A stretch of DNA of 64,000 nucleotides from an uncultured archaeon (GTDB lineage Archaea; Micrarchaeota; Micrarchaeia; Micrarchaeales; CABMGC01), in contig CAVWAD010000007.1 of assembly GCA_963752955.1 (NCBI GenBank), positions 148,947-212,946 of the forward strand. Direction: 5' to 3'. Below, in pieces: positions 55,601 to 64,000 of the stretch (positions within the stretch are counted from its first letter, which is position 1; each line of letters begins with the position of its first letter). The position numbers were made by a program, and so were the translations under genes. The notes beneath the pieces are model-generated. The model made no database searches. It had not been told where the DNA came from and worked only from the letters and a program-made list of their open reading frames with translations.

Positions 55601-56366
55601 TCCTCTCCACCTCCCTGGGCGTGCCGACGCCGAACCTCAGAGTGAAGTCTCCGTCCGCCACCACGGCGTTCATGAACTCGTCGGTCACCCTCACGCTTAT
55701 GTTCGCGTATTTTACGCTGCTCAGGTTCTGCTTGACCCTGATGAAGTCGAATATGTCAGGGTGGTCAACGCTTATCGTTATCATGAGCGCCCCGCGCCTG
55801 CCTGACTGGCCTATAGAGTGGGTTGTCTCCCCCATTATGCCCATGAACGAGACCGCGCCCGTCGAGCGTATGGCGCTGTTGTTCACGGGAGCGCCCTTCG
55901 GCCTGAGTATGCTTATGTCCCCTCCGACCCCGCCGCCGAAACTGTACGTCCTTGCGGCCTCCTTGCACCAGTCGAATATGCCCTCTATCGAGTCTTCTTT
56001 GATCGGGACCACGTAGCAGTTAAGGAGAGTCGCCTTCCTCTTGGCTCCCGCCCCGAACATTATCCTGCCTCCAGGGATGAACCTGAAGTCCTGCATGAGC
56101 CAGTTGAACTTCTCCGTCCACTCGGTCCTCTTGGACTCGTCGGGCTCGACGCCGGCCATCTCCCTGGCGATCCTGTCCCACATCTCGCTGGGCAGCTTCT
56201 CCAGGGCCTCCCCGGTCTCGTCCCTCAGGGCGTACTTCTCGTAGAACACCCTGGCCCTTATCTCGTCCCCCCTGAAGAAATCCAGCGTCTCCTTGGGTAT
56301 GCCCATTACGCCGAGCTGCTCCAGCTGCTCCTTTGCGACACTCTTCTTGTCCTCGTTTGCGACCAC
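52605..56366 (-). CDS. nrdJ: Class II (adenosylcobalamin-dependent) ribonucleotide reductase, intein-containing
   Basis: EKYAL, PGGRI, LLNCYV, GGGVG, RRGALM, TNP|CSEQPL, CDLG.INL, RRIGLG, SSGIEP, KGITVYR; C-terminal TSCPD-like domain and Zn ribbon. Confidence 0.93.
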   Translation of the reverse strand: MVANEDKKSVAKEQLEQLGVMGIPKETLDFFRGDEIRARVFYEKYALRDETGEALEKLPSEMWDRIAREMAGVEPDESKRTEWTEKFNWLMQDFRFIPGGRIMFGAGAKRKATLLNCYVVPIKEDSIEGIFDWCKEAARTYSFGGGVGGDISILRPKGAPVNNSAIRSTGAVSFMGIMGETTHSIGQSGRRGALMITISVDHPDIFDFIRVKQNLSSVKYANISVRVTDEFMNAVVADGDFTLRFGVGTPREVERKIRARELWNELIQSARDWAEPGLMFWDTIKKNSPSEYNGMEVITTNPCLSASTFLQTQHGLSHLSELETKRDFAVADSAGAAVAEKVWITGEKDVYRIETALGYHLDATLNHLVKGGEGFDLMQGERRVMDVLKDGQRKSAIQIKEESGFSSVKVIYTLLKFLKQKGLVETDKVYERKSPKPIRKIYARATEKARLFKEYEWMPVEKLDKGSRILMSVKEGLFPAAYVPLPKFAQSESTEGHKRNVFVFPRVLDEPLAALLGWMVSDGTALPYKRKKDNRLRGGFEYRMGIISINNEEDSDIRAVIKASFGIEAGGGAWRKSKKVKDWTVSGQNLKEFIEYFGIGVGHEEITVPMQIRKSPKSVVASFLKRVFEGDGTCVDNCVTLDSISYDLILTVQQLLLKFGIIAQLRISKRAAPRADIHVLTIRDILSLQRYAKEIGFVSTKHQEALSRIIERKRRSCHRNESSKYDWVDDTHIETPITRIRYLGRQTVYDCTTSTHSFVANGFIVHNCSEQPLQAYGACDLGAINLPVFVLDSFTDNARMDWASLEKAVRYSVRFLDNVLDYNADKHPLPAQKEAVGKSRRIGLGVTGLADMLAKLRMKYDSDEAMQFAERLFEMIKNTSYDESTEIAKEKGPFPLFDRDKHLSMAFVQKLSDGVRQKIAKNGLRNVALLTVAPVGSGSVLAGTSSGIEPIFAFNYTRRSESLSKEYFKVYHPLVHEYMAISGLMDDTKLPEFFVPAHKINADFRVRMQGTIQKHVDSAISSTVNLPADTTTEQVGEIYLSAWKEKCKGITVYREGSRQGILITDEKEKAQEKKPSGPREKWKRPIALIGKTVKLRMQQESLYVTSSFDEEAKIREVFINLGNTGSQEKSYAEAIGRLISKYLQADGDVKAVIESLKGIRATDSLSYDRGLKLYSVPDAIAKALEITLGIINFKTSPLSEHGKDSGDGRQLGVAKAPDDKREVKPAKCSECGENMLVYESGCYTCKNCGYTKC
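54066..55460 (-). mobile_element. RNR intein (465 aa) with LAGLIDADG endonuclease and inserted wHTH-like segment
   Basis: Starts CLSAST, TLNHLV, LLGWMVSDG and FLKRVFEGDG, ends VYDCTTSTHSFVANGFIVHN before Cys. Confidence 0.93.
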
Positions 56367-56519
56367 AAAAACCCCCTTTGTGTGTGATTGAATATGAAAT
56401 AGTAAGACGAAGCTAGAGTATATTGATAATTGGCTATTTAAGGCTGAGCTTTCGTATCTTAGCCTGCGGTTTACAGGTTATACTAGACTACGCAAAAGAA
56501 TACCTTGATAAATACAGAC

Positions 56520-57242
56520 CTACTCAAAATCCGGGAATTCCCCTATCTTCCGCTGCCTTATGTTCTCGAGGGTCTTCCAGTACTCCCTTATGTAGGGGCT
56601 GAGCACCCTGCTCTTCAGGTTCCTCTTTATAACCGCCACGGTCTCCTTGTCACCGGGATAGCCCGACCCGATGGTCAGGCCGACCTCCGACTCGATCCTC
56701 TCCATCTCGGTGTCCCTTATGACCTTGGCTATTATGCTGGCGCCGGAGACGACCGGATACCTTATATCCGCCTTGTGCTCCGATATTATCTTTATCCTCT
56801 TCCCCTCCCTGAGGCCGCCCTTTATCCCCATCACCCTGGTGGGCTTCTTCGCGAAGAGGCCTATGCGCATGCCGAACCTCTCCGCTATCACGTCAGGGGA
56901 GTCGATGTACGCCCGGTCGATGTCGTGGCTCATCTCGTCCATAAGCCTCGCGAAGTGCATGGCCTCGAGCTGGTTTATGGAGACGCCGGACCTCATGGCC
57001 GTGTTTATCTCCTCGTTGGTTATGCTGTAGGTCTTCACCTCCTCAGAAATAGACCGTATCTCGTCGAAGAGGAACGCCCTCTTCCTCTTTGTGAGAAGCT
57101 TCGAGTCCCTTACGCCGATCGCGGAGAGCCTCTTCTCCTTGCCCTTCCCGATGCAGATCATGCTCACTACAAGGGGCCCTATCACCGCTCCCCTTCCCGC
57201 CTCGTCGCCTCCGGCGATTATGATGGGGCTCACCTCAGGCAA
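56520..57242 (-). CDS. rnhB: Ribonuclease HII
   Basis: GGDEAGRGAVIGPLV, GVRDSK, EHKAD, SGASIIAKV.RD, GSGYPGD. Confidence 0.95.
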   Translation of the reverse strand: MPEVSPIIIAGGDEAGRGAVIGPLVVSMICIGKGKEKRLSAIGVRDSKLLTKRKRAFLFDEIRSISEEVKTYSITNEEINTAMRSGVSINQLEAMHFARLMDEMSHDIDRAYIDSPDVIAERFGMRIGLFAKKPTRVMGIKGGLREGKRIKIISEHKADIRYPVVSGASIIAKVIRDTEMERIESEVGLTIGSGYPGDKETVAVIKRNLKSRVLSPYIREYWKTLENIRQRKIGEFPDFE

Positions 57243-57489
57243 CGCCCTTCCTGTCGATGATTATGAAGTCGTTTACCGCCAGCACGCTCGTGTATGGTAC
57301 CTTCAGCTTGCCGTCCTTGACGTCGAGCTTCTTGACGTACGCGTTGTCGTTGTTCGGCTCAAGTATGAGGCTGACCAGCTTGCCCGTGAGCTCGTTGAGC
57401 TCTATGTCCAGGAACCTCCCGAGCTCGAAGCCGTCGTTCGTCACTACCGTCTTGCCAATGAGTTGTTCAGCAATAACATATTTTACCAT
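57235..57489 (-). CDS. PRC-barrel domain protein
   Basis: LIGKTVV..DG..LG...DI......G.L...VPY..V.AVNDFII. Confidence 0.85.
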   Translation of the reverse strand: MVKYVIAEQLIGKTVVTNDGFELGRFLDIELNELTGKLVSLILEPNNDNAYVKKLDVKDGKLKVPYTSVLAVNDFIIIDRKGVA

Positions 57490-57589
57490 TTACACACCTT
57501 GAGCGTCATCTTACGATATACCTCTGCGCAGCGAATATTTATATCTGTTGCCTCGACCGACCGTTTCCTCCCTTATACGTCATTTCCCT

Positions 57590-58003
57590 TCAGGCGACCT
57601 CCAGAACCGCCTTCTTCTTGACCGCGTTGAGCACGTGCCCGTAGTCCCTGTAGTGTATGAAGGCCGTTATCGAAAGGGTGTACTCGCCGACGTCGGTCCC
57701 CACGTCTCCGTGCACCTCGACCTGCGAGGCCTTCTCCTCGCCCGGGGCGAGGGTGCCGAGGCGGAGCTCCTTGGCGGCGTGCATTCCGGTGTCGTCGAGG
57801 CTGAGCGATTTCGGAAGCTCCACCACCACGGACCCGAGAACGGGCTCTCCGGTGAGGTTCTTCACCCTCATCAGGAGCGCCACCGAGTTCCTCCTGTTGG
57901 CGTAGAGCTTGTAGGGCGTGAACTCCGTCATTATCCTGTACGGAAGCGTCTTGTTGAGCTCGCTCGAGGAGTCCTTCTTGCCGAAAAGGTCGAGTATCTT
58001 CAT
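57590..58003 (-). CDS. Hypothetical protein, beta-rich (Ig-like)
   Basis: VKNLTG, LGTLAPGEEK, GEYTL.I patterns. Confidence 0.65.
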   Translation of the reverse strand: MKILDLFGKKDSSSELNKTLPYRIMTEFTPYKLYANRRNSVALLMRVKNLTGEPVLGSVVVELPKSLSLDDTGMHAAKELRLGTLAPGEEKASQVEVHGDVGTDVGEYTLSITAFIHYRDYGHVLNAVKKKAVLEVA

Positions 58004-58060
58004 GCAGTCGCCAGACAGTAGGATTATGCGGCAAAGGTATTTTAAGCTTTTTACGGAGGT

Positions 58061-58204
58061 TTGAGGGCAGAACCAGCAATTGCTCGCCGTGCGCTGCGAA
58101 CTGCATCTTGCATACTCTGCCAGACCTGCCTCATAGAGTGCGAGGGCGAGTGCATAGCCATAAAGGACGACGGCGGGAACACGTACAAGTCGGTGTACAA
58201 ATAA
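58061..58204 (+). pseudogene. 4Fe-4S ferredoxin fragment or mini-ferredoxin
   Basis: Manual translation LRAEPAIARRALRTASCILCQTCLIECEGECIAIKDDGGNTYKSVYK* contains CxxCxxCxxxC; below the ORF-track size cutoff. Confidence 0.55.
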
Positions 58205-58307
58205 CTTATGTGGATCCTGCGCTGGCCTCCGTTACTCCATCTAATCACGCAGCGCGCGCTTCAGTTGCGAGAGCTTAGTGCTGGCGAGCTTCCCCTGCTG
58301 ACTTGTG

Positions 58308-59960
58308 CTAAGTCGTAGTGAAGCTGATAATGACGATGCCGGAGCCGCCGGCGCCACCGGAGGACTGCCCGCCACCGGCATTACCCCCTCCACCACTACC
58401 TGTGTTGGCTGCACCCGCTCCACCCGCGGAACCGAGCGTGGATGCTCCATTACCTCCCCCGTCGGTGCCTGTCCCTCCGGAGCACGACTGAGAGGCATAG
58501 CACCCTCCGCCGCCCCCGCCACAATACACAACTTGGGTTCCAGTTATAGAGGAGGATCTTCCTGAACCACCACTGCCAGATATCGCAGTACTGGTTGAGC
58601 CGTCGCCTCCTACGCCCCCACATCCTCCGCCTCCGCCGGTAGGATATCTGTTTGTTGATATGTATGTTCCAGCTCCACCAGCATATCCTTGACCTGATGG
58701 AGACGCCTGACCACCGGCATTTGTCCCGGCCGATGTTTTTGGCCCGCCGCCGCTACCACACCCCCCATTTACCCCAACACCGAGACTAACACCACCACCA
58801 CCGCCAGTGGCAGTGATACTTGAAAATGTGCTATTACCCCCATTGTTTCCACTACCAGATGAAACAACAGCACCACCAGCGCCAACAGTTACGGTCAATG
58901 TGCCGGAAACAGGAAACCCGGTTGCAGCTAAAAACCCGCCTCCGCCTCCGCCGGAACTATAGTCCTTTGCACTGCTTCCGCCACCAGCAACAACAAGATA
59001 CTCAACGGAAGTGACGCCAGCCGGAGTCGACCACGTCGTCGAGCCTGGAGAAGAGCTGTAAGTAAACGTATCAACCGTACTCGCGCCGTTTAGCGATGCG
59101 GTGCAAGTCACACCGCCGCCAGAAACGCAGGTGTTGGTGAAGGCGGCTGTGACGGTCGTGCCAGCCGTCAAGGTGCCCGATACCGCAACGCTCGTCGTCC
59201 CGGAGCAGCTGCTCCCGGAGCAGGACCACGACACGACGTAGCCGGCGTTGGGCGTCGCGGTAGCGCTGAACGACGTTCCGTAAGTGTAGGTCCCGGAGCA
59301 CGACGGCGTGCACGAGATGCTGCCCCCCGCACCCGCGGACATGGTAAGGTAATAAACTTGAATTGTTGTCGTGCTTGATGTTGTGGATGTTGAAGTAGAT
59401 GAGGTTGGGGTTGTGGATGTTGAAGTAGATGAGGTTGGGGTTGTGGATGTTGTTGCTGTGGTGGTAGTCGTGAATGTGGTGGTTGTCGCCATCGCGGCCT
59501 TCGCGAGAACCCTGCCCGACGCCGTGTGGGGGAAGCCGGTCACCGTGTCCGTGTAGTTAATCAGGACGTATCCGGTGAACAGCGACCCGACACTCCCTGA
59601 GAAGGGGGTGTTGCCGGAATAGCACTGCACGGCCAGCGTCGCATTGGAGCCGATCGGCAGGCTCACCTGCGGCGAGTACTGGTGCATGTTGGTGAACGTG
59701 TTGTTGGTGTTGCAGCCGACGGCGGTGATCGCTATCGGAATTGATGTGGCCTGGAGCAGGCGGGCCGTCAGGACGCCGTTGGCGGCCAGGTAGAAACTGG
59801 AGCAGGAGAAGCCCGCGGGGAGTATGCACTCCTGCCCGACGAAGAAGCCCGGGTTGAATACGCCTATGCTGTAGAGCGCGCCGAGCGTCACGGCTATGAT
59901 CAGGATCGCCCAGCCGTACGTCATCAGGTACTCCATAGCGGACTGCAGCTTCATGGGCAT
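58308..59960 (-). CDS. Class III signal peptide surface protein with Thr linker and C-terminal glycine-rich domain
   Basis: MKL|QSAMEYLMTYGWAILII; Thr/Ser linker; ATPNAGY..SWS repeat-type domain; EYLVVAGGG...GGSGIVIIS glycine-rich domain. Confidence 0.85.
   Translation of the reverse strand: MPMKLQSAMEYLMTYGWAILIIAVTLGALYSIGVFNPGFFVGQECILPAGFSCSSFYLAANGVLTARLLQATSIPIAITAVGCNTNNTFTNMHQYSPQVSLPIGSNATLAVQCYSGNTPFSGSVGSLFTGYVLINYTDTVTGFPHTASGRVLAKAAMATTTTFTTTTTATTSTTPTSSTSTSTTPTSSTSTSTTSSTTTIQVYYLTMSAGAGGSISCTPSCSGTYTYGTSFSATATPNAGYVVSWSCSGSSCSGTTSVAVSGTLTAGTTVTAAFTNTCVSGGGVTCTASLNGASTVDTFTYSSSPGSTTWSTPAGVTSVEYLVVAGGGSSAKDYSSGGGGGGFLAATGFPVSGTLTVTVGAGGAVVSSGSGNNGGNSTFSSITATGGGGGVSLGVGVNGGCGSGGGPKTSAGTNAGGQASPSGQGYAGGAGTYISTNRYPTGGGGGCGGVGGDGSTSTAISGSGGSGRSSSITGTQVVYCGGGGGGCYASQSCSGGTGTDGGGNGASTLGSAGGAGAANTGSGGGGNAGGGQSSGGAGGSGIVIISFTTT
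59380..59452. repeat. 30-bp tandem repeat (about 2.4 copies) encoding the Thr/Ser linker
   Basis: GTTGTGGATGTTGAAGTAGATGAGGTTGGG twice plus a 13-nt partial copy. Confidence 0.9.
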
Positions 59961-60010
59961 GGATGGTATTCGGTGCGAAAAGATAAAAATACCGAGGTAT
60001 CGGCCCTCGC

Positions 60011-60904
60011 TCATTTCGTGACGACGGCGCACGAGTCCTTCTCCACCACCACTTCCCTTTCCGCCTGGGCGACGATCCCGCCGGTCTTTTCCACCAGCAC
60101 AGGGAAGGACTCAAGGGCGCCGAGTGAGGCGAGCTCGCCGAGGGCGCGCCTTATCTTGAACTCCGAGTCGAATTCCTTCGATAGCCAGCGCAGCGCGAAC
60201 GGATACGTCCCGTAGTTACGGTCTATGAACGACGCCACCGTCCTCGTATCCTCCGACCTTGCGGCCGCCTCTCCGATTTTCCGGAAGATCTGCAGCGCGT
60301 CGCTGTCGACGACATAGCCCGCGCCCTCTGTCAGGAAGATCTCAACCGCTATCACCTGGCCCTCCTCGAGCTCTGTGGTGTCGCCGTTGTCGTAGTTGGG
60401 TATGAAGATCGAGGCGTGGAGCTCGCCCTCTTCTATGGCGTGGCCCCCGAGGTTCCTTATCGGATTGAGGTTCTTCGACTTCGCGATCCGCTCCACCTCC
60501 TTCCCTATGTCGTTCAGCCTCCTGCCGGCCTTGACCGTGCTGAGCGCCGCCTCCAGGGCCTCCTCGGCCGTCTCCACGAGCGCGGAGTGGGCGCCTGAGA
60601 GGTCTACGGTGAGCGCGCAGTCGCCCAGCGCGTCCTTCTTCCTCGCCCCGAGGTCTATCTTCACGACGTCTTTTTCCGTGAAGACCGCCTCGTCCCCGGC
60701 GGAGGGGGTGTGGTGCGCGGCGCGCTCGTTTACGGACAGGTTCACGGGGAACGCGAATTGCATGCCCCTTTCCCTGATGAACTCCTCTATCCTCTCGCTT
60801 GCCGCGAGCATGCTCGCGCCGACCTTTACCAGGCCCTTTGCGTACTGCAGGGCCTCGAACGAGACCTTGCCGACTTCCTTGAGACCCTCGTAATCGTAGT
60901 CCAT
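60011..60904 (-). CDS. map: Methionine aminopeptidase type II
   Basis: AFPVNLS.N..AAH.TP, KIDLG, DCALT, NLGGH, AVE.F, AQ.E. Confidence 0.92.
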   Translation of the reverse strand: MDYDYEGLKEVGKVSFEALQYAKGLVKVGASMLAASERIEEFIRERGMQFAFPVNLSVNERAAHHTPSAGDEAVFTEKDVVKIDLGARKKDALGDCALTVDLSGAHSALVETAEEALEAALSTVKAGRRLNDIGKEVERIAKSKNLNPIRNLGGHAIEEGELHASIFIPNYDNGDTTELEEGQVIAVEIFLTEGAGYVVDSDALQIFRKIGEAAARSEDTRTVASFIDRNYGTYPFALRWLSKEFDSEFKIRRALGELASLGALESFPVLVEKTGGIVAQAEREVVVEKDSCAVVTK

Positions 60905-60914
60905 TTCAACATCC

Positions 60915-63332
60915 TCAGAGCAGCCTCCTCTGCTCGCCTCCGCCTTTCAGCTCCTCCTCGCCTATACCCAATTCCTTCAATATTCTTAACGTTGCTGGTA
61001 CCACCTGGTGGCCTATGTAGTAATCGGCGTCGTAGTCATCGGCCAGCTCCTCGAGCTGCGCCTTCTCGGAGATGGTGCTCCCGTGCGTCGTTATGACGTA
61101 TCCTATTGTCGCGCCCTCCAGCTCCTCCCTGGTCTTGAAGCCGGACTTTATCGCCTTCTGCACCGCGGCGAGCTCGGGCGACTTCGCGTCGTACGAGCCT
61201 ATGCCCTTCCTCAGCTGCGTGTATATGACGAGGTCCTTCAGCGGGACCCTGCCCTCCTTCAGGTCCCTTATGACCTTCTTCACTATCTCGACCGCCATCT
61301 CCTTGCTCCCCTCCCTGAGTATCGTCTCTAGGACCTCCCTCTGGGTGCGCCTTGCGATGCCCGACCAGTCCCTCCTTACGAGCTCGAAGCCCTTTATCTT
61401 GATTCTCCCGGCCCTCGATAGGAGCGCGTACTTCTTCTTCGCCCCGGAAGCCGTAGCGGACTTCTTGCCTACGAAGACGCCCCGGGTATAGAAGTCCTCA
61501 AGCTCAAGCTCCATCGCCTTCGGCAGAGACGCGTTGACGCGCTTCAGGAACGCGTAGATCTCCTCATCCTTCTTGTCCCCGACCAGCAGGAAAGTGCTGT
61601 CGGTGTCGCTGTAGAGCGCCCTGAACCCAGACCTCTCCGCCTCCTCTATCGTGTTGAGTATGTACGATCTCGCCAGCGCCGTTATGCTGCTCGCGCAGTC
61701 CCTGGAGTACCACCTCGACCTCGCGTAGCCGAGGTAGCCGTAGAACGAGTTCGCGAGTATCTTGAGCGCGTTGGACCTCGCGCCCAGCGACTTGTCGTCC
61801 GGCTCTTTCTTGTACGCCCTCTTGACGCTCTGCCTCTCGCTTATGAGCATCCCCATGGCCTTCGGTATTATCCCCTGCGGGCTCTTCGCGAACCTCACGC
61901 CGTTGGGCGCCTCGAAGTAGTCCCCTGCCGTGCAGATGGCCGACGGGTCGATGTTGTGCGCGATTATTATGGAGGGGTACAGCCCCCTGAAGTCGAAGAC
62001 CACTATGTTGTTGTATATGCCCGCGTCGGGGGTCTTCACGTACGCGCCCTCGAATGTGACCTGCGACCTCGCCCTTATCTCCCTCTCGTCCGGCCTGTTC
62101 GGCACGATCTCGTTGTTCTCGTGCGCGTACCTCATGAGGAGGAACTCCGCGAGCTGGCCGACGGTCGAGACCGAGACCTCGGCGAGGGTCGTGCCGCTGA
62201 CCTTCGCGGTCTCTATCTCGAGCGGGAGGAAGAACTCGTAGAGCTCGTCCAGGGAGACCGCGTCGGAGAGCGAGTACTCGGACAGCTTCTCGAGCCCGGC
62301 GCCGCCGTTGTCCCACATCTGCCATATCCTCTTCTTGTCGACCGTCACCTTCCTCTTGCCGGTGACCGCGGTGTGGACCTCGTCGAGCTTAAGGTTGTAC
62401 GTCCTTAGCAGCTGCTCCGACGCCCCGACTATGGAGACGAAGCGCGCGACGTGGTAGACGTCGAGGCATACGCGGCCCGGGACCCTCACCGACTCCGTGA
62501 GCCCGTGGTGCATGCTCCTGACTTCCTCCCCGTACCTCGATATGTCGAAGTCGGCCTTAACCGCCTTGGACCGAGCCATCAGGTAGGGCAGGTCGAAGTT
62601 CGAGGAGTTGTATCCCGCGATGACGTCGGCGTCCAGCGACTTTATCGCGCCGACGAAGCCCTCGATCATCTCCCTCTCGTTCTTGAACACGGTTACAAAC
62701 TCCCGGTCGATCCTCTTGGTGGTGAGGACCCTGGCCTCCTTCCCGTCAGTGTAGCTTATCATAAGCACCGGGTCCCGCCTCGGGTCCGAAGAGGCGGAGG
62801 CGTTGTAGGTCTCTATGTCGAAGCAGACGTGGCTGAGCTCGACGCCGGGGTCGCCCTCTGCCTTCGTTATCTCGTCAAGGATGAGGCCCCGCGCGGATCC
62901 GTGGGCCCTGATTCTGACTCCGGAGAGGGGCGAGATCCCCTTGTCTATTATGTAGCGCTTCCAGAAAGGTATGTCGTACTCGTAGCACTCCCCGAACTCC
63001 TTTATGTAGTCCTTGAGCCTCGGCACGTCCTTGGAATCGTTGGTGTAGATTGCGAACGCGGAGACCGACTTCCCCTTCAGGAGCTTCTCCTTACTCTCGA
63101 CCTTTATTATTTCGATCCTCTCGCCCATCTCCGAAAGGATGTTCAGTGAGGAGAGGGTGGCTTCTTCTAGGCCGCTGTTGCTCGGGACCAGGTAAAAATG
63201 GGGGTGAAACACTGCGTCGAGCAGCGTGCGCACCCCATCCTTCGATTTGAGGGTCACGCGGATTGTGCTCTTTCTTGAGAGGTTTATGTAGTCAACGTCA
63301 AGTAAGATTCCTTCTAGCTCGACATGCTCCAT
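60915..63332 (-). CDS. polB: Family B DNA polymerase (PolB3 type)
   Basis: Exo FDIETY, GYNSSNFD, YSLSDA; Pol DFRGLYPSII, KILANSFYGY, YSDTDS, KKKYA; no intein. Confidence 0.96.
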   Translation of the reverse strand: MEHVELEGILLDVDYINLSRKSTIRVTLKSKDGVRTLLDAVFHPHFYLVPSNSGLEEATLSSLNILSEMGERIEIIKVESKEKLLKGKSVSAFAIYTNDSKDVPRLKDYIKEFGECYEYDIPFWKRYIIDKGISPLSGVRIRAHGSARGLILDEITKAEGDPGVELSHVCFDIETYNASASSDPRRDPVLMISYTDGKEARVLTTKRIDREFVTVFKNEREMIEGFVGAIKSLDADVIAGYNSSNFDLPYLMARSKAVKADFDISRYGEEVRSMHHGLTESVRVPGRVCLDVYHVARFVSIVGASEQLLRTYNLKLDEVHTAVTGKRKVTVDKKRIWQMWDNGGAGLEKLSEYSLSDAVSLDELYEFFLPLEIETAKVSGTTLAEVSVSTVGQLAEFLLMRYAHENNEIVPNRPDEREIRARSQVTFEGAYVKTPDAGIYNNIVVFDFRGLYPSIIIAHNIDPSAICTAGDYFEAPNGVRFAKSPQGIIPKAMGMLISERQSVKRAYKKEPDDKSLGARSNALKILANSFYGYLGYARSRWYSRDCASSITALARSYILNTIEEAERSGFRALYSDTDSTFLLVGDKKDEEIYAFLKRVNASLPKAMELELEDFYTRGVFVGKKSATASGAKKKYALLSRAGRIKIKGFELVRRDWSGIARRTQREVLETILREGSKEMAVEIVKKVIRDLKEGRVPLKDLVIYTQLRKGIGSYDAKSPELAAVQKAIKSGFKTREELEGATIGYVITTHGSTISEKAQLEELADDYDADYYIGHQVVPATLRILKELGIGEEELKGGGEQRRLL

Positions 63333-63360
63333 GGTCTTTCCTGAGGACTGGTGAACGCCA

Positions 63361-63771
63361 TTACTTCTCGGCTTCGTTCTCCTGAAGCTTGGCCCTGGTT
63401 ATGGGCAGAGGCGCAATCATCCCTATGGACCACGCCAGAAGCGTTCCCCTTGACGCGCACTCGAAGTTCAGGATGTTGATTATGTCTTCCGCGAACTTCA
63501 CAGGAAGCGTCTTCTTGCCCTTCCAGGACTCGTTTATCTGCTCGATGAGCGCCTTCTCCTCCTTCGCAAAGATGGTCCCGAGCATCTTCAGCTCCCCAAC
63601 TGACTTCGCGTTCTTCTCGCCCTCGTACGTGGTCGTGAAGGTGTAAGCGACCTCGACGTTGTCACCCGTGACCTTGACGTTGTCGAAATTTATGTTGAAC
63701 TTCATGTTCACTATCGCTTCGTCGACAGGCCTGCTCGCCTCGACCCTGGTTATTCTGTTTCCGGTAATCAT
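63361..63771 (-). CDS. Conserved-looking archaeal hypothetical protein upstream of polB
   Basis: 136 aa ORF with host codon usage and SD-like GTGA upstream. Confidence 0.7.
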   Translation of the reverse strand: MITGNRITRVEASRPVDEAIVNMKFNINFDNVKVTGDNVEVAYTFTTTYEGEKNAKSVGELKMLGTIFAKEEKALIEQINESWKGKKTLPVKFAEDIINILNFECASRGTLLAWSIGMIAPLPITRAKLQENEAEK

Positions 63772-63906
63772 ACTATCACTTGATTACTATTGCCCGAACA
63801 AGTATATATAGATTTCGCGACCTCTGAAATCCCTCGGTGCGCGCTACGCGCGCTATCAAGAACTTCGCGCAACGTTTAATAACTCTCTATGCCAATGGTT
63901 GTACAT

Positions 63907-64000
63907 ATGCCTAACAGGACCATATTGAACAAATATGGACTTTTTGTTTCGCAGGTCCACAAACTACTTAGGAAAAGGGAGATTACAAGGGATGACGCTG
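63907..64000 (+). CDS. 5' end of a CDS (partial)
   Basis: ATG 63907 MPNRTILNKYGLFVSQVHKLLRKREITRDDA, open to the window edge; TTTAATAA upstream. Confidence 0.45.
   Translation, partial: MPNRTILNKYGLFVSQVHKLLRKREITRDDA

Noticed and set aside
59380-59452. 30-bp direct repeats as a CRISPR array
   Set aside because: Copies are contiguous with no spacers, in frame inside a Thr/Ser linker, and no cas genes are present

Overview
Archaeal chromosomal window with high GC and dense coding, most consistent with a DPANN Micrarchaeota (ARMAN-like) organism. That assignment is an inference from the class I CCA enzyme, PolB3, fibrillarin, thermopsin, class III signal-peptide proteins of the LQSAMEYLMTYGWAIL type, and a tRNA with a non-canonical T-loop intron. 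Housekeeping content: pyruvate/2-oxoacid dehydrogenase operon with split lipoate ligase, TrxB, ABC-2 exporter, Trm1, CCA enzyme, RtcB, fibrillarin, RNase HI and HII, class II RNR, MetAP and PolB. There are five tRNAs (two with introns), three homing-endonuclease inteins (RtcB, a TPR-AAA ATPase, RNR) and a Tad-like type IV pilus locus. Best leads: (1) a tRNA-Met(CAU) intron carrying C/D-type boxes and an antisense element positioned by the N+5 rule on its own C34; (2) a PAS histidine kinase plus a wHTH-REC-degenerate GGDEF response regulator; (3) a Grs-like radical SAM gene divergent from a KaiC-V4R-unknown-cis-prenyltransferase unit; (4) a Nudix fused to a family-4 UDG that lacks most Fe-S ligands; (5) a surface-protein gene split by one in-frame TAG. 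No rRNA, CRISPR array, transposase or integrase was seen. All family calls come from motif recognition, not database searches.
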